DNA of 64,000 nt from Mytilus edulis (lineage: Eukaryota), in contig NC_092347.1 of assembly GCF_963676685.1 (NCBI RefSeq), positions 66,650,001 through 66,714,000 of the forward strand, in the 5' to 3' direction. Shown piece after piece: positions 27,901-42,900 of this stretch (its first letter is position 1; the number at the start of each line of letters is the position of its first letter). The notes under the pieces were generated by a model. The model made no database searches. It worked only from the letters and a program-made list of their open reading frames with translations, and was not told the origin of the DNA. The position numbers were made by a program, and so were the translations under genes.

Positions 27901-30900
27901 TGTTCATCAACTGCATATCTCGAATTTGATTAGCTGAAATTAAATATAGCAGACATTTAAATTTGGAAAATTGAGCTTTGAAGTGCTTTTTAGTTTTTGC
28001 ACTGCTATAGTGATTTTGTTAAAACAAATATACAAAAAAATATTGATTTAGATTAAAATGATTCTTTCACAAGAACTAAACCTGCTGTAACAGGGTTTGA
28101 TATAAGCAGGGGCCCACTCGCCAATGGCCCCAAAAACTGGTGTAGGCTACTTAAATTTCTGCTTTTTTTGTATAAAACTATATATATTGGCTACAAAATT
28201 TGAGCTGTGGGTTTTACCAGGCTAAAATTTAAACTTAGTAAGCAAACTCTATGTTTAAATAAATTTAAAAATTAAATCATTTATACTTCTCTGATGCTTT
28301 GCTAATATATGAATGTTTACTTACTATCTGTAACACCTTGTAACCTGACAGCTGAAAATAATGGTCCATAAATTTGGCCATCGTCTCTTTCTAGGAATGA
28401 TCCTGTTTTTGGTAAACTGGAAAGGAAACAATGTCTTTCGTTTTAAGAAAACAAAACAATTATCTTTTAGGTCAAAACAGAACCATAAAGAATCATACAC
28501 CTATATTCACAATTGAGTATATACTGGGGAATATTTCATTACCCATAACCTCTCTAACCCTCTACAAAAATGATTTAATTTTTCTATAAGCTACAAGATT
28601 AGAATCATTGCCATATAGAAAATACCTTTTTTGTGATTCTTTCTGTATAAAATATAAATAAAAAGGTATAAATTATCAATATCACCTAAAAGTCAAAACT
28701 AATTTCAAAGATAGTATCTTACTTTAACTTTATTAGGTTTTCAGAATTACATACACATTCATTATTGAAAATACCTGTCAATAGGAAGGAAAAGGAATAT
28801 TCTCTTCACAATTACCCTGTAGTCAAATTGATAAAATAATCTCTAAGAGAAGTGTGAAATCTTATTAATGTAAAGCTTGACTTAAAATATAAAATGTTTC
28901 GGAATTCAAAATGATTAATAAGTCAACAGTTATATACCATATGTCATTGACTTTGTAACATGGAATAAACAATATTTCATTTAGAAATTCTAGTATGTAT
29001 ACAAAATACAATTCATTCCAAAAATTGGAAAACAAGGAGATAAACATATGCTATTTCCTTTCCCAACTTTTATGTAACTTAGTAGTAGGCACCTTTTACA
29101 GTGCAGTGAATACAGTCTACGGAGTTGAGAAGTCTTACCTATTGAAGTAGGATAATACTGTACTGTGAGACGGCATTAACTGAATACTTGAGTTTAGTTG
29201 TAGGAATAACCAGTACGACAAAGTTCTGTATACAGTGTACTCATTGGGTACATACAACCTGTAAAATGTTAATATAAGTATAGGTTAAATAATTAGTGGA
29301 TTCATTTGGTACAGTGTAATATAAGTATGGGTATAGGTTTCATATACAGTGTACTCATTTGGTATATATAACCTGAAAAATGTTAATATAAGTATAAGTT
29401 TAATATTAAGTGTACTATTGGGTACATGCTAGACTCAGATTGAGGCCCTGTCTCAAGTTGAAACTCAGTATTGATGCACCAATCAAAGTCCAAAACTTTA
29501 ATCTTCTTATGGAAGTCCAAAAGTTTTACAAAACAAAGACCTTTCTTCATATTGTTGTACAATATGTTTTAAAAATGTATTCAAAGACTAGTCTCTGTAG
29601 TAATATCTTTATTTGTATTATGCAGCAAAACTAGACCTCATTAGAATCAAATGTTACATTTGTTAAAAAAAGAATTGGAAACAAAAGGCAAAGGAGACAC
29701 CATCCAGTCCCTAAGAACATAATCAAAGTAAATAAGCAATCTGATTTTTGAATCAACATTTAAAAAGATGTAAAAATCAAAGAGCTGAATAGCTCTGAGG
29801 GGAAAGACGGCCCTTGTTTCTATTTCATTTTTTGCTGGTGGGGGTTGGGGGTTATCTTTTGATAGTCTTCATATAAAGAATGGAAAAAAGAACAGCTAGA
29901 ACATGTGGAAGGTTGACACTAATTTGGAATCAATTGTTGTTTAATGTAATTTCGTTTCTTTAGTTTAGGATTCAATTTAGACCAATGGAAGAGATCTGCA
30001 TCTTCTAAATCTAAACATTCAATTAAAGTTGATAGTTAATTATCTAAAATTCAACTAGTTGAATTCTGTCATTTAACAACAACTACAATTATTGTTGAAA
30101 TTTTAATAGTGTACGACTGAACTGTAGGCTAGGGCCATTTTCCATTTTTTTGTGACAGTACTTTTAAAATTTTTAATTTTTTTCTTAAGAAAGTTAGGAC
30201 TGAAAAATCTATTCAGTTTTAAATTTCCATTGATAAAGTTCCCAGTTATATCTCTCATCACAGTGATACAGGTACTAATAAAAATAACAATATGATTGAT
30301 GTAAACTGTGTGAAGTTTGTTTCCAAATCCTAAATTTTGAAATATTTGTAAAATTTCATGAATAAATAGGTTTAAACTACAAAATGCAACATTTGTATTT
30401 TTTTTGTAACTATTACAATGATTATATTGGTACACAAAATTTAGTTTTAATGAAAGACTACTTATCATATACTAAATGTCACATTTAAAGTGTTTATTTT
30501 AGTGGATAATTAGCTCATAAATTAAGGTGCTTCTGAATTGGAGGAAGATTCTCAAAACAGAGTTTTACAGAAAAAAATGGAAAAGATCGTTTCTCTCCCC
30601 GATCTCATGTATCCCCTCGGACTTCTTGTTTACTTTGAAAGTTGTTGACCTACAAATTAAAGTATTGCATGTTGATGTTTAAATCATCTACAGCAAACAT
30701 CATTATGTTTAAATTCAACAAATACTATTTTTTAATAAGTGCACAATCTTTGAGAATGATTTAAATAACCAGTGAAGGATATCCCTGCTTATGCGTAGTG
30801 TGGCATTCCAACAATGACGTCACTATAAAATATAATGTAGGTTGGATATATTAAGAATATCTCGTCATACTGATTTTTCCGGATTGTAAAAGAAACGTTA

Positions 30901-33900
30901 ATCGTGTAAAGGAGAGCTCGATATACGATAATTTCGAGAGAAACGGAAGGGAAATGTATAAAAAAGTGTTTAAAGTCAATTTATTCATTTGTGTCTCCCC
31001 ATCTCATCATTCTTAGTCAGATTTGTTGGGGGGTTTTCCACACTATAAAAACAAAATGAATGATGTGAGGGAATGTCACTCTGGTCAACCCCATTGGGGA
31101 TTGACGGCTTGAAGCCGTCTTCCCCAAAAACTGTGCCATGTTAATTTCTTAATAAAATAGCTAACCTATTAGACTTGAGTATTTTCTGTAACAGTTCCAT
31201 GCTGATTTCTCTAAGGTATATCTGATTGGACAACTGAAAATGAAATAAATCTGTTTATAACAAGAATTTGATCATACATGGTCCAAATCTATGAGGCTAT
31301 TTTTAATCTTAATAATTCAAGTTTGTCATAGAATAGGAAAACATGATTGGTCAATTTGTATCACATGGTTCTTCAGCTAATTTTCATATCAAGAGAGATT
31401 ACTAGACAACTCTCTGATGATGTTAAATCGAATGAGCTTGCCCAATGCCTTTAATTGCCAAGGAAACCACAAAAATTCTTCAAATCAAATGGCTGTTTTG
31501 AATAATGAAAAATACATTGTGTTATGCTTGTGTGAAAAAGATCATGGACTAGTCAAAATCATAAAGGAAAGTTTTAATTAAGAATTGAATTCTTCTTTTT
31601 GTAAATTCATTAGGGTGTAAAAGCGTTGACCAAAGTACATTTTGTATAAAGCACGATCAATGATTTTACAACCCTATGAAATCACCAAAAGAAGCATTCA
31701 ATACTTACAATTGCATTTTTCGCTATCATCATGAAAACATGATTACTATTAATTTTATTCTTACCTGTGCATTTTATTGTAGAAGCATGTGTCAACAAGA
31801 ATGTTACAATTCGTTTTGAAATGAAGTTGATTAAGGAATAACGCAAGATTGCAGTGTATCCAATCAGAATAACATATTATAATGAAACATACATCTAATG
31901 TAATTAAAACAAAATGGAAATCATCTCTAATACCTACCTCTGGTAACAAGTTAAGTTCTAACCATCTTTCACAAGCTTTCACAACCTCTTCTTGTTGATA
32001 CTGAAAAAAATCCAATCATTTACAACAGAATTCAAACAATTTTTCAACCAACACAGCTTATTTTTGGAGAATATTCTTGTACAAAATGTATATGTTAAGT
32101 TTATAATTGCCATCTTACAAGGGAGAACTAAGGTACAATCATGATTAAGTCTTCTACATTCACTGATTTAACTTTCTTTTCAACAGGAAATAATTCTTTA
32201 AAAGCTGCTGCATTAAAATGGGGGAAAATTAAGTACTGGGAAAATTGATAATTGAGTTATCTTTCTTGGAGCAGTGAATTCACTTATTGTTTTTACTTCT
32301 ATAAATTTGAAGTGACTATAAATACATAAGAATAACTTACCTTTGTACAAGCATGGTGATATCTACACACAGTTTTATAGGAAATGTTATTTAGCATTAA
32401 TCTTGCACATCTGAAAAAAAAAGTGATTTATTAAAAAAAGTACCAGAGGTTATATGCAAAGATTATACAAAACAGTCTTAACAATGCAACAGAAAATTGA
32501 TCTGGTTACAAATACATGTGTTTTGTTTATACTAGATTTTGACTTGTGCTTCATATCCAATTACTGAGTTAAGCCTTTTGTAATTGATTTTATCAGTTTG
32601 TTCTTATGTTGTGCTGTAACACCACTACATTTTATCTCAGGACACATGTTTAAACCTGCTAAATTCTTATAATGCTTGTCCCAAGCCAGGAGAGTTTAAT
32701 TCAGTGGTAGTTGTTGTTTCATGTCTGTCATATTTGTTTTTTGTAAATTGTATTGTTTAAATTATGACAATTTTTTTTTCTTCAAATTGTTTCACAATTT
32801 TCTTGATGGGGCCTTTTATAGCTGCTATAAGGTATTGGTTTTTCTCATTGGTGAAGGCTGGTCAGTGGCCTATATTTAATTTTATCTTCTTCACTTGGAC
32901 CGATTATTGTCTCTTTGGCAATCACACTTCTTCAGTAAATTTTTACTCACCCATTTTGTAAAGCTTTATAGCCAATTTGTGAAGATGCAGCAAGGACGTT
33001 AGCTACATCTTCAAGGTCAACATCTAACTCATCATGGTAAAGGTTACCCAGAGCAACTGCCATGGCTGAAAAACATTTGTATGTTTCAAATATGAGTTTA
33101 TCTAATTACAATTAAACTTTACAATGCAAAATCATTTCAATATTTAAAGTAGATTAGGTGTTCTAATTTATGACAAAAAATCCATATACATACATGACTA
33201 AACCCTAGGCAAAGGAACTTTATACACATTACTTATTAGGCTCTAATATGACATGCTTCATTTGCTTTGTGAATAAACCTATGCTCTAAATCCAATAAAA
33301 TTTGTTTGCACATGCGTATATTGACTACTGCAGAATAATGAATTTTATAAAATTGGCATGCATTTAATAATCAACTTAAAACACTTCCAACCTCTTAAAT
33401 GATGCACATTTTGTTACTAATTCATTTATTATGACTGTAATGTGTTGCAATGCGAAATTGACATATTTGACCTAGATACGTCAACTGTTCATGCTGACTG
33501 TTCAAACTTCTCCCTATGGAAAATCACATTGCCAGTCGTTTGCTTGTTTACAAACAAAAAAGGGAGAATTGGAAGAGCCAACAAAAATGCCATACTCTTA
33601 TACACATCGGACATAGAAATTTTCTTAATTGTCCTCATCAGAATCGAAATAATTGATGCAAGCTCAATTGGTGAAAATCAATTGTGTTGGTTATTTAAAT
33701 ATAATTATGTATGTAAAACTATTGTATAAACTCATTTGATGTTTTTCCCTGGTAAAGTGAGGCTGTTAAAATACAGGGGTCCCCAAGTATGCGACCTGGG
33801 CTACTTAGGTATTTATAGATCACGAAATGATTGAATAAAATATTTGTTATCTTTAAAAATAAATAAAATGAACTTACACTGCTTGATTCAAAACACATGT

Positions 33901-36900
33901 TTTTTTATTTCGTGTAAAAAACGTATCTAAACCCTATAAATGTATTAAATTGAATGGGTGAGTATCATTAAAATAAGAATAAGCATTATGATGGTCAATA
34001 CTTATAACTGTAAACAGATTTTCCTGGAATTGCAATAATCAAATTATATTTTTTGTCTTCTAAAAAAAAGCAACAATAATTTCTGAATTTACAGTCTGAA
34101 AAATATACACTAACTTATCAGTAATAAGATAATTACCAGTTTTAGTGATGAGTGGATCTTTGATATCTAGTTTGATCATTGTAACACTACTGATTCTCTT
34201 CTCTGATGTATGTGCTGGATGATCTAGTTTCTTAGGTCCTTCATCATCCCCTTCAACCATGCTTAATCTACAAAAAAAATATTTTTTGTAATATCGATAA
34301 ACTTAATTTGTAACCATTTTAAAGATTTATGGTTGTCCTATTTAAAAGTGTGCCTAGACAAGTAAGAAAACATTTTTTTTTCCAGAATGTTGGTAAAAAT
34401 GTCATTTTTTAATCAAATCAAAATGAGAATATTGCAATGCTATATTTCTAAGGTAGAAAGTGATGTAATATTACAACTCCTAAATGAAAGTAATTTTTAT
34501 TTTTAGTGGTTACCTTCATTTAAAATGTAAAGAAGTACCTAAGGAAACTTGATGATATCTAAAATACTGATCCATAAGGTAAGATTTGATTTTGATTTTT
34601 TAAAACCACTTTTAAGCACCACTTTCGGGCAATATTTTGGCGGCCTGTTTTTATTGATGGAGGAAGTCAGAGTACCCAGAGAAAACCTTAAACCTTCAAT
34701 AAGAAAACTGACAATCCTAGTCAATTAAGATTGGAGTCAAGTGCACCCACACAGTCGGTTCCAACTCACAACCTCAGTGTTGATTGACTAATGATTACAT
34801 TAGTAACTTACAAAGACCACTTGGCCTCCGAGGCCCCTCATAAAGTAAGAGGTATAACAGATATTATTATTGAAATTTGAAACATTTACTTGGATAATCT
34901 CCTTGTCCATAATTGAATTTGTTTCTACAACAGCCAGGGACAAAGGAAGATAACTCTAATATTTTAAATATTACTTTAACATAGATTTTTTTTTTATCTC
35001 AAAAGGATTGATAAGGTTGAAACTTATTAACTATCAAAGTATCAAGTCATTCACATAAGTGTTTTACCCTCTTATAAATACAAATATGTTATAACAATTT
35101 CTGATAAACTTCCAAAGATAAAGTTGACATAAGGTTGCTTTAGGTGTCCTTAGGTTATACAGCTACTAAAATATTCAAGTATTTGTACACCCTTGCAACT
35201 GGTTTTTGTCGAGCCTTCGACTTTAGTCGAAAAAGCGAGACTAAGCGATCCTACATTCCGTCGTCGTCGGCGTCGTCGGCGGCGTCAACAAATATTCACT
35301 CTGTGGTTAAAGTTTTTGAAATTTTAATAACTTTCTTAAACTATACTGGATTTCTACCAAGCTTTGACAGAAGCTTGTTTATGATCATAAGATAGTATCC
35401 AGAAGTAAATTTTGTAAAAATAAAATTCCATTTTTTCCGTATTTTACTATAAATGGACTTAGTTTTTTCTGCGGGGAAACAAAACATTCACTCTGTGGTT
35501 AAAGTTTTTAGAATTTTAATAACTTTCTCAAACTATCCTGGGTTTGTACCAAACTTGGACAGAAGCTTGTTTATGATCATAAGATAATATCCAGAAGTAA
35601 ATTTTGTAAAAATAAAATTCCATTTTTTCCGTATTTTACTTATAAATGGACTTAGTTTTTTTTGCGGGGAAACATTACATTCACTCTGTGGTTAAAGTTT
35701 TTAGAATTTTAATAACTTTCTTTAACTATCCTGGGTTTGTACCAAACTTGGACAGAAGCTTGTTTATGATCATAAGATAGTATCCAGAAGAAAATTTTGT
35801 AAAAATAAAATTCAATTTTTTCCGTATTTTACTTATAAATGGACTTAGTTTTTTCTGCAGGGAACCATTACATTCACTCTGTGGTTAAAGTTTTTAAAAT
35901 TTAAATAACTTTCTTAAACTATCCTGGGTTTGTACCAAACTTGGAAATAACCTTATTTATGATCATAAGATTGTATCCAGAAGTAAAGTTTGTAAAAAGA
36001 TTACTCTGTTTTTTTCTGTAATTTACTTTCAAATGGACTTAGATTTTCTTACAATCATAAAATAGTAACAAGAGGAATATTTTTATTGATTTTTTTCCTC
36101 ATTGTTGTTGAGCCTGTGATTTACAGCAAAAATAGGCGAGACACTGGGTTCCGCGGAACCCTTACAAATTTTCTATCATTATGAACATTCTTGAAGAAGA
36201 TGAAGTCAAACAAGCACTTTAACTAATTTATAAAGTACTAATTTCATTCTGTAGACTTTGTTTTTAAAAGACCTTATTAAAACCTCAAACAAAACCGGTA
36301 CTCTTTTGGTCAAATTACATTATTTTACCATATTTATACCTATTGCTTATATCTTTGTATTCGTTACTGTAAACATTATTTTTCTTGATATATGTATCCA
36401 ATGTTTCAGAGGCTGGATTTCTATAATATTTCTGCATGTGAGGCTCTCCTGCTTGTTTCAGTAATTGTGACAGAACCTCAGATTTCTGTAAGTAAGGTCG
36501 ATGTAATTCCCAGTCCATTCCTAAACACTTTAATACTACATCTGAAACATAGAAATCAAGTTGTTTAATTTTCATTTGACGGCTGTAGCAATGATGATTT
36601 GTATTCTTCTGAAAGGTATATTATTATTTTTATATCTGAGTTTTCTTTAGAATTCAGTAAAGTTATATCAAGTATTTTGAATAGTATAAAAAAAAGGTTA
36701 GAATAAAAAGTTGATATTACCAATTTACATTTTCATGTTTACAGAAGATAACAAACAAAAAGACACATGTGTTACCCAATTTTTGCATCCAATTGTGAAG
36801 TATTCAAATAAAAATTTAATTTTTCAACAACTTATGCTTTTAAATGAGATTTTCTTACAATTGCTTACATTACGAAAAAGATCAACACAAATATAGTCGT

Positions 36901-39900
36901 GGTTGTATATAATGAATGCATTATTATTTAAATTGGAAGGATTATAAAATATTTTAAATGTGTTTTCTTTTGGTAAATTGAATAAGAAATATTGGATTCT
37001 TCCACATCAACACTACTATTATTTGCTTAATAATAATAACTGGTATATTTATTTGTACCTTAGTATACAGATACATGAAGACAGCATATGAGATAACCAA
37101 TAAAAAATTGAGTTTTATTAACTTCTTGATAAAAAATGTGATAAACATTTTATTTGAATCAATTTGAGCATTTTTATGGATTTGACAATTAATTTCAAAC
37201 ATTTTTATATTCATAATAAGTCTGTGTCAATCTATTAACTGTTCAACCTATCATTAAAAAAAGATTTGTGAAGCATAGAACAGGTGTAGCAATAACTGAT
37301 AATAAAAAATAAAAATAAAAGTGCGTCAAAATTCTATGCTAGATGCATTTATCAATAAAAATCCTTACGATGAGGTCCTTTAGTCTAGACTCTATAGTGT
37401 TCAATCTGAAAGGTTGACAGATATCTACTTTTCTTATTTTCATTTATAACTTCTTAACATGCTTATCATGAACCAACAACAGGTTAATACATAAAAGGTA
37501 TGTTAATATGTAATTTATTTCTGTTTTTACAGTAGATTAGTTTTTAAATGAAGTAATAAATATGCAATACATTTGGCATGCAGATTACATATTAAAATCT
37601 CCATGCAGGTTTAAATAGTTACCAACAATCATGACACATATATCATAAAATATGAATACATCTATTAAATGTGAGTGTATGAAAACATATACATGTTACT
37701 ACAAAATATCCCCCTTCCTTCAAACTTAATTGATTATACATTATAAATAAGTATGTTATTCAAGGCAAACATGCTATAAAGATAAACCAAATTTTCAACT
37801 TCTTGTAAGATACTATTCCAACTGCATTATATCCATGCAGTTAGCATGCATTTTTATTAACCTAATATTAAGCTTGGGTTACCACACAATAACACTCAAT
37901 CATAAATCCTGTATGAAAAAGAAAATAAAACAAACCATATTTAGACAAAGGTCCAAGGTACCCTACAAAGCAAATATCATACTTATTTCTTCGTTAAAAA
38001 TAGTGATTAGAATGTCTATATTTGACATAGAATGACCAGAGTAAAAGTGCTAAATCCATTGGATGTTGATGTGTACTGATTGATAATTTAGTCTTAGATG
38101 CATGATTTTTTTTTATTAGTTGTGGCTTTGAAATAGCTTTCAGTAACTGTGAGTACTCTCAGATCTGTACTTAGCGTCTAGTTGTTGTTGGGGTATACTA
38201 GTACCCGGCCATGTCCACTCTGTAGTATTTGTATTTGTATTCATCTGACGAGTTAAGCCTTTTTCAAATGATTTTTTTAGTTAGTTCTTATGTTGTAATG
38301 TTCCACCACTGTCCCAGATAAGGGGAGGGTCGGGATCCAGCTAACATGTTTAATCCGCCACATTCTGTATGTACTTGCCTGTCCCAAGTCAGGAGCCTGT
38401 AATTGGGTGGTTGTCGTTTGTTGATGTGTTACATATTTGTTTTTTTGTGTTCATTTTTTGTACATAAATTAGGCCGTTAGTTTTCTTGTTTCCATTGTTT
38501 TACATTTGTCATTTGGCGGCTTTTCATGGCTGACTATGCGGTATGGACTTTGCTCATTGTTGAAGGCAGTGCAGTGACCTATAGTTGTTAATGTGTCATT
38601 TGGTCTCTTTTGGAGAGTTGTCTCATTGGCAATTATACCACATCTTCTTTTTTATATCTTCTAAAATGTAATTCCATCACAAATACTTATTGTGGCTTTG
38701 TATTTACACAGCATATTCATACATGCTTCTTTAAATGCAATATCAAAATAGTTTAAGACTTATCACCCCTTAATATTTGCTATGGGCATGATGGGATGGA
38801 GTAGAATATCTCCTTCTTATTAACGAATCAAAATCTGGCAATTTAATGTGAAGTGCAATTGTAAAATGATTTGACAAACAGATAGACATTACTATCATAC
38901 CATATTATGTCATAATATAATATAACGTGCAGATATGGAAATCATGAACAATAAAATATGTGTTCAATACACACACACAAAAAAAGACTGATTTGGTGGA
39001 CATACAATTTGAAATTATATAAGAATATGTGTCTTTAGTTACCTATGAGTATGTCACTGACAGAAAAGTGTTTTTGCTATAAAATAAACTGTCAATATAA
39101 GCAGCACTGATGCATGAAAAAAAAACTTTTTTAAGAAATAAATAATAATTCTAATTATACCAAATTATGAAAACCATGTTTGACTTTAAAAGATTAAAAT
39201 TCAAACATGAAACTATTAAAAAAAAATATTGCTGTTAATTTGGAAAATTTTAATAAAAAAGATATCATTTAAACAGCCATAAATATCAATAAATATGACA
39301 GTCAGTTTTTAAACCAATATATCATTAAAGAATATAATTTTTAGATTAATATTTCTAGTTTCCCTGTAATAAAAATGTGACTCCGCCTCATATCTTCATA
39401 TCAAGAATACAGCAATGACATACATTTATTGCTCTACAGTTATTATCAACTAAATATATCAAATTAAAAAGCTACTTTAGGTTATTAAAAAGAAATTACT
39501 GGACAGTTACAGAAAAAAGTAATAAAACAACATTGAAATTAAAAGTAACATTAAAAAACATGGAAGGTAAGCAATTAAAACAAGAATTTACGATTATTGC
39601 AATGTTTCTACAGAAATTCATATTATAACTTGCTAGTTGTACATGTTATTAAACTAAACAAATCTATATATATTTGATCAGCTTGTATGATGTTAATCTA
39701 TAGAATATGGACATTAAAATATAATTGGCTGTATATAAACCATGCATGTCATAAATCACATTTATATTCTGCCAAAACAGACCAATCAAACTATATGATA
39801 TATATCTATACAAATATAAAGACCTAAATCAAACTACCAGCTACCCAACATCAAAAACTATAACTCACCATGGTCTGGTATTTTTCTAACTGTAATTTTA

Positions 39901-42900
39901 AATGTTTGAATAAAAGAACAACTTATTCTAGAAAGGAAAACCCTGCCAATTTGAATGTGCCATATAGTCAGGCATCATGACAATTATTGTCTCATTAACG
40001 ATTGTTCAGGGCCCTTATGGGTTGTCAAGGTTGTTAAAAATCAATCATAATATTGTTTCTGCAAGTCTTTTTGTGGTTTTTTTTTCATTCAAGAATTTGC
40101 TGATGTAAAATTATTCCAAACTTACTTAAAGTTTGCACAATCAGAGCTGTTTTATTATTTTCATAGTCCCTACATTGACTTTTATAATTTCTTTCTTGTT
40201 TTACTGCTTAGCTAGGTTAGGGTTCTGTTGCTGTATCCCCATTTGTTAAGTGTATAAAAACAGTTTGTGCAATAAAAGAAAATGTTTTTATTCCAACTTC
40301 TTCAAAGTAAAACATGTTAAAATTGAAGTAAATTGACACTGGAAATCTGTTTTATCTGATTTCACGTCACGTTATTAACTATAAACATAGGAGTGTAACA
40401 AAAATCCCCAGTCCAAATTGGTTTGTTTAACACGGTTTATACAGTTTTTTTCTCTAATTTTTAAATTTATCACCATCTTAAGCTTGTTTGGTGCTTATCT
40501 TTACCTTTTCTTCATCCTTTTTGGTTATGTTTAGTATCACTAAATCTGAAATGAGACTCGTGAAGATATCATGTGCATGTGTGTAAGCAGACTATTTTTC
40601 AATTCATTCTAAATAAGTCATCACACTGCTTGCTTAAATCAGTGGCGGATCCAGGGGGTTCCAGGGGTTGGAACCCCCACTGCATTTGAATGGGGACATG
40701 TAGATGGAACCCACCTTTGTCCTGGGTTAGGAACCCCCCTTTTAAAAATGGCTGGATCCGCCGCTGGCTTATGTTGTTCTTTGTGCATTGCTAAGTATAG
40801 TGTAAATAAAAGTTTGTTTACAATACCTGGTCCAATAAAACTCTGGCTTTTCTTGGAATGATATAGAAATATATCTTTAGGTGTAGCTGGTCTGGCATTA
40901 GCAGGTATAAACTTCCTAATTGGACCTGAAGTACTTGGTGTTGGTCTACAAAAAAGGAATTATCAATAAAATGAATATCAATGTCTTGAATAATTCACCA
41001 ACAGACATATTTCTATAATAAGGGGTTATGTTTGTTTCGGAGTTCAAAATATTTTTATCAATGACTTCTTAATTATCTTATTTACCAATATTAAAATTTT
41101 TAATAAAAATGAAAGTACGTAAATTCTCAAACAGCTAAAGTGAAAATTGTCAATATCGAAATTGACCTTCTTTTAGTTATCAATATTCTAGTAGACAGTA
41201 TTTTGGTATAAACATTATTTATCTAAAATTAGAAAATACAATTGATTTAAACATGAAAATTATTTTAAAAATTAGCAGTAAAATGTATATGTTGTGCTTT
41301 TTTTTTGTTCCCATTTAGGTCTAGTCAGTAGTTATACATACCCCCTTAGCCTTGAAGGAGCTCTCACCAGTACAGTAGATTCCCTGGAAAGTAGTCCTAA
41401 ACCTAGTTTACTGCTAGCAGTACTTGGTACTTGAGAAACTGTGACAGGACGATCTACTACTTGATGGAATACATAAGGTCTGTCAGCCTCTAGGTGTAAA
41501 GATGACTGAGGATTCTCAGCTGTAAAGAATCAATAAATTATGACCAAAAACATTCTATGAATCAAAATAAAAGGAGATATGATAAGAGGTATATGTCAAT
41601 TAGACAGTTAAGCAAAAACAAAAACCAACTAAAGATAATCATGTTATTTGAGTTAAAAAAATGTATTCTGTGTTTGTATAACACATATTGAATTACAATT
41701 TTAATTTAATACTTTGTGAAAGGTTACTGATCTACAATGTAGTGTACAATAAAACAGGCTTAGTATACAACAATGCTAATTATATTTCTTTTTGTAATTT
41801 CTACACAAAGTAAGTAGCTTGCATTCGAGCGTCACTGATGAGTCTTTTGTAGACGAAACGAGTGTCTGGCGTATATACTAAATTTAGTCCTGGTACCTAT
41901 CATATGATGAGTTTATTTACAACAACTGGGTCGATGCCACTGCTTGTGGAGATTTATTTCCCCCAGGGTATCACAAGCCCAGTAGTCAGCATTTTTTGTG
42001 CTGACATGAATTGTCATTGATATGGTTATATTTATAAATTTACTGTTTACAAATTTTTGAATTATTTGAAATACTAAGGCTTTTCTACCTCAGGCATAGA
42101 TTACCTTAGATGTATTTGGCAAAACGTTTAGGACATTTGGTCCTCAAAGCTCTTCAAGTTCGTACTTTATTTGGCCTTTTTATTTTTTTTTATTAGAGCG
42201 TCACTGATGAGTCTTTTGTAGACCAAACGTGTGTCTGGCGTATACACTAAATTTAGTCCTCGTATCTATGATGAGTTTATTTCCTACAGCTTTCAATTTC
42301 ATGCAACTGATTTGAAGACATTTTCTGGGAAATTCTGATGCATATTATTAGCAATGTTGCCAAAAAACAATGAGCTTAACTTGGATGAGTTATTATCTGT
42401 CCCTCCCACTATATCATATGCCAGTACAGAATTCAAACTGGTAGTTTTCTATTTGGACAAGTTAAAATTTATTCGGGCAAATTGTTAAAATAAGTTCATG
42501 AAGAACTCTACAGTACAGAATTATTTCACACCTAACAATACCATAATGCTTGAAAATCCTACCCCTCACAATTATCACCACTTTCTCATATTGACAAAAA
42601 AGTATTTGTAAATATTATAACTCTCTAAGTGTTAAAAGATATTCATCATTTGTGTACTTTAGGGTTTCAATGTTTATAATGCTATTCATTACAGAATCTT
42701 TTTCAACTCTACTTCCGTGTTACACTTCTTCAGAATGCTACTTAACCATCTGGTTGCATATTTGGTATGTTATTAGGTTTTTTTCCCAATATTATGCAAT
42801 CTGTTTGCTCTGTTTTAGAAAGTTCATTCTAATATTTGATACTCTTCAAGTTCAACTTCTTACTTTAAATGGCCTTTTAACTTTTTTAAATCAAGCGTCA

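Larger units (their letters stand above)
41822..42282 (+). mobile_element. Non-LTR retrozyme-like tandem element (~369-nt unit bounded by two hammerheads) in BTBD16 intron 3
   Basis: Direct repeat of the HHR + 'aatttagtcctggta..tatgatgagtttattt' block; the unit body is homologous to 12939-13325. Confidence 0.82.

Noticed and set aside
35203-36172. Repeat arrays (also 19386-20836, 62158-62533) as CRISPR
   Set aside because: Tandem units without unique spacers of constant length, no cas genes, eukaryotic context.
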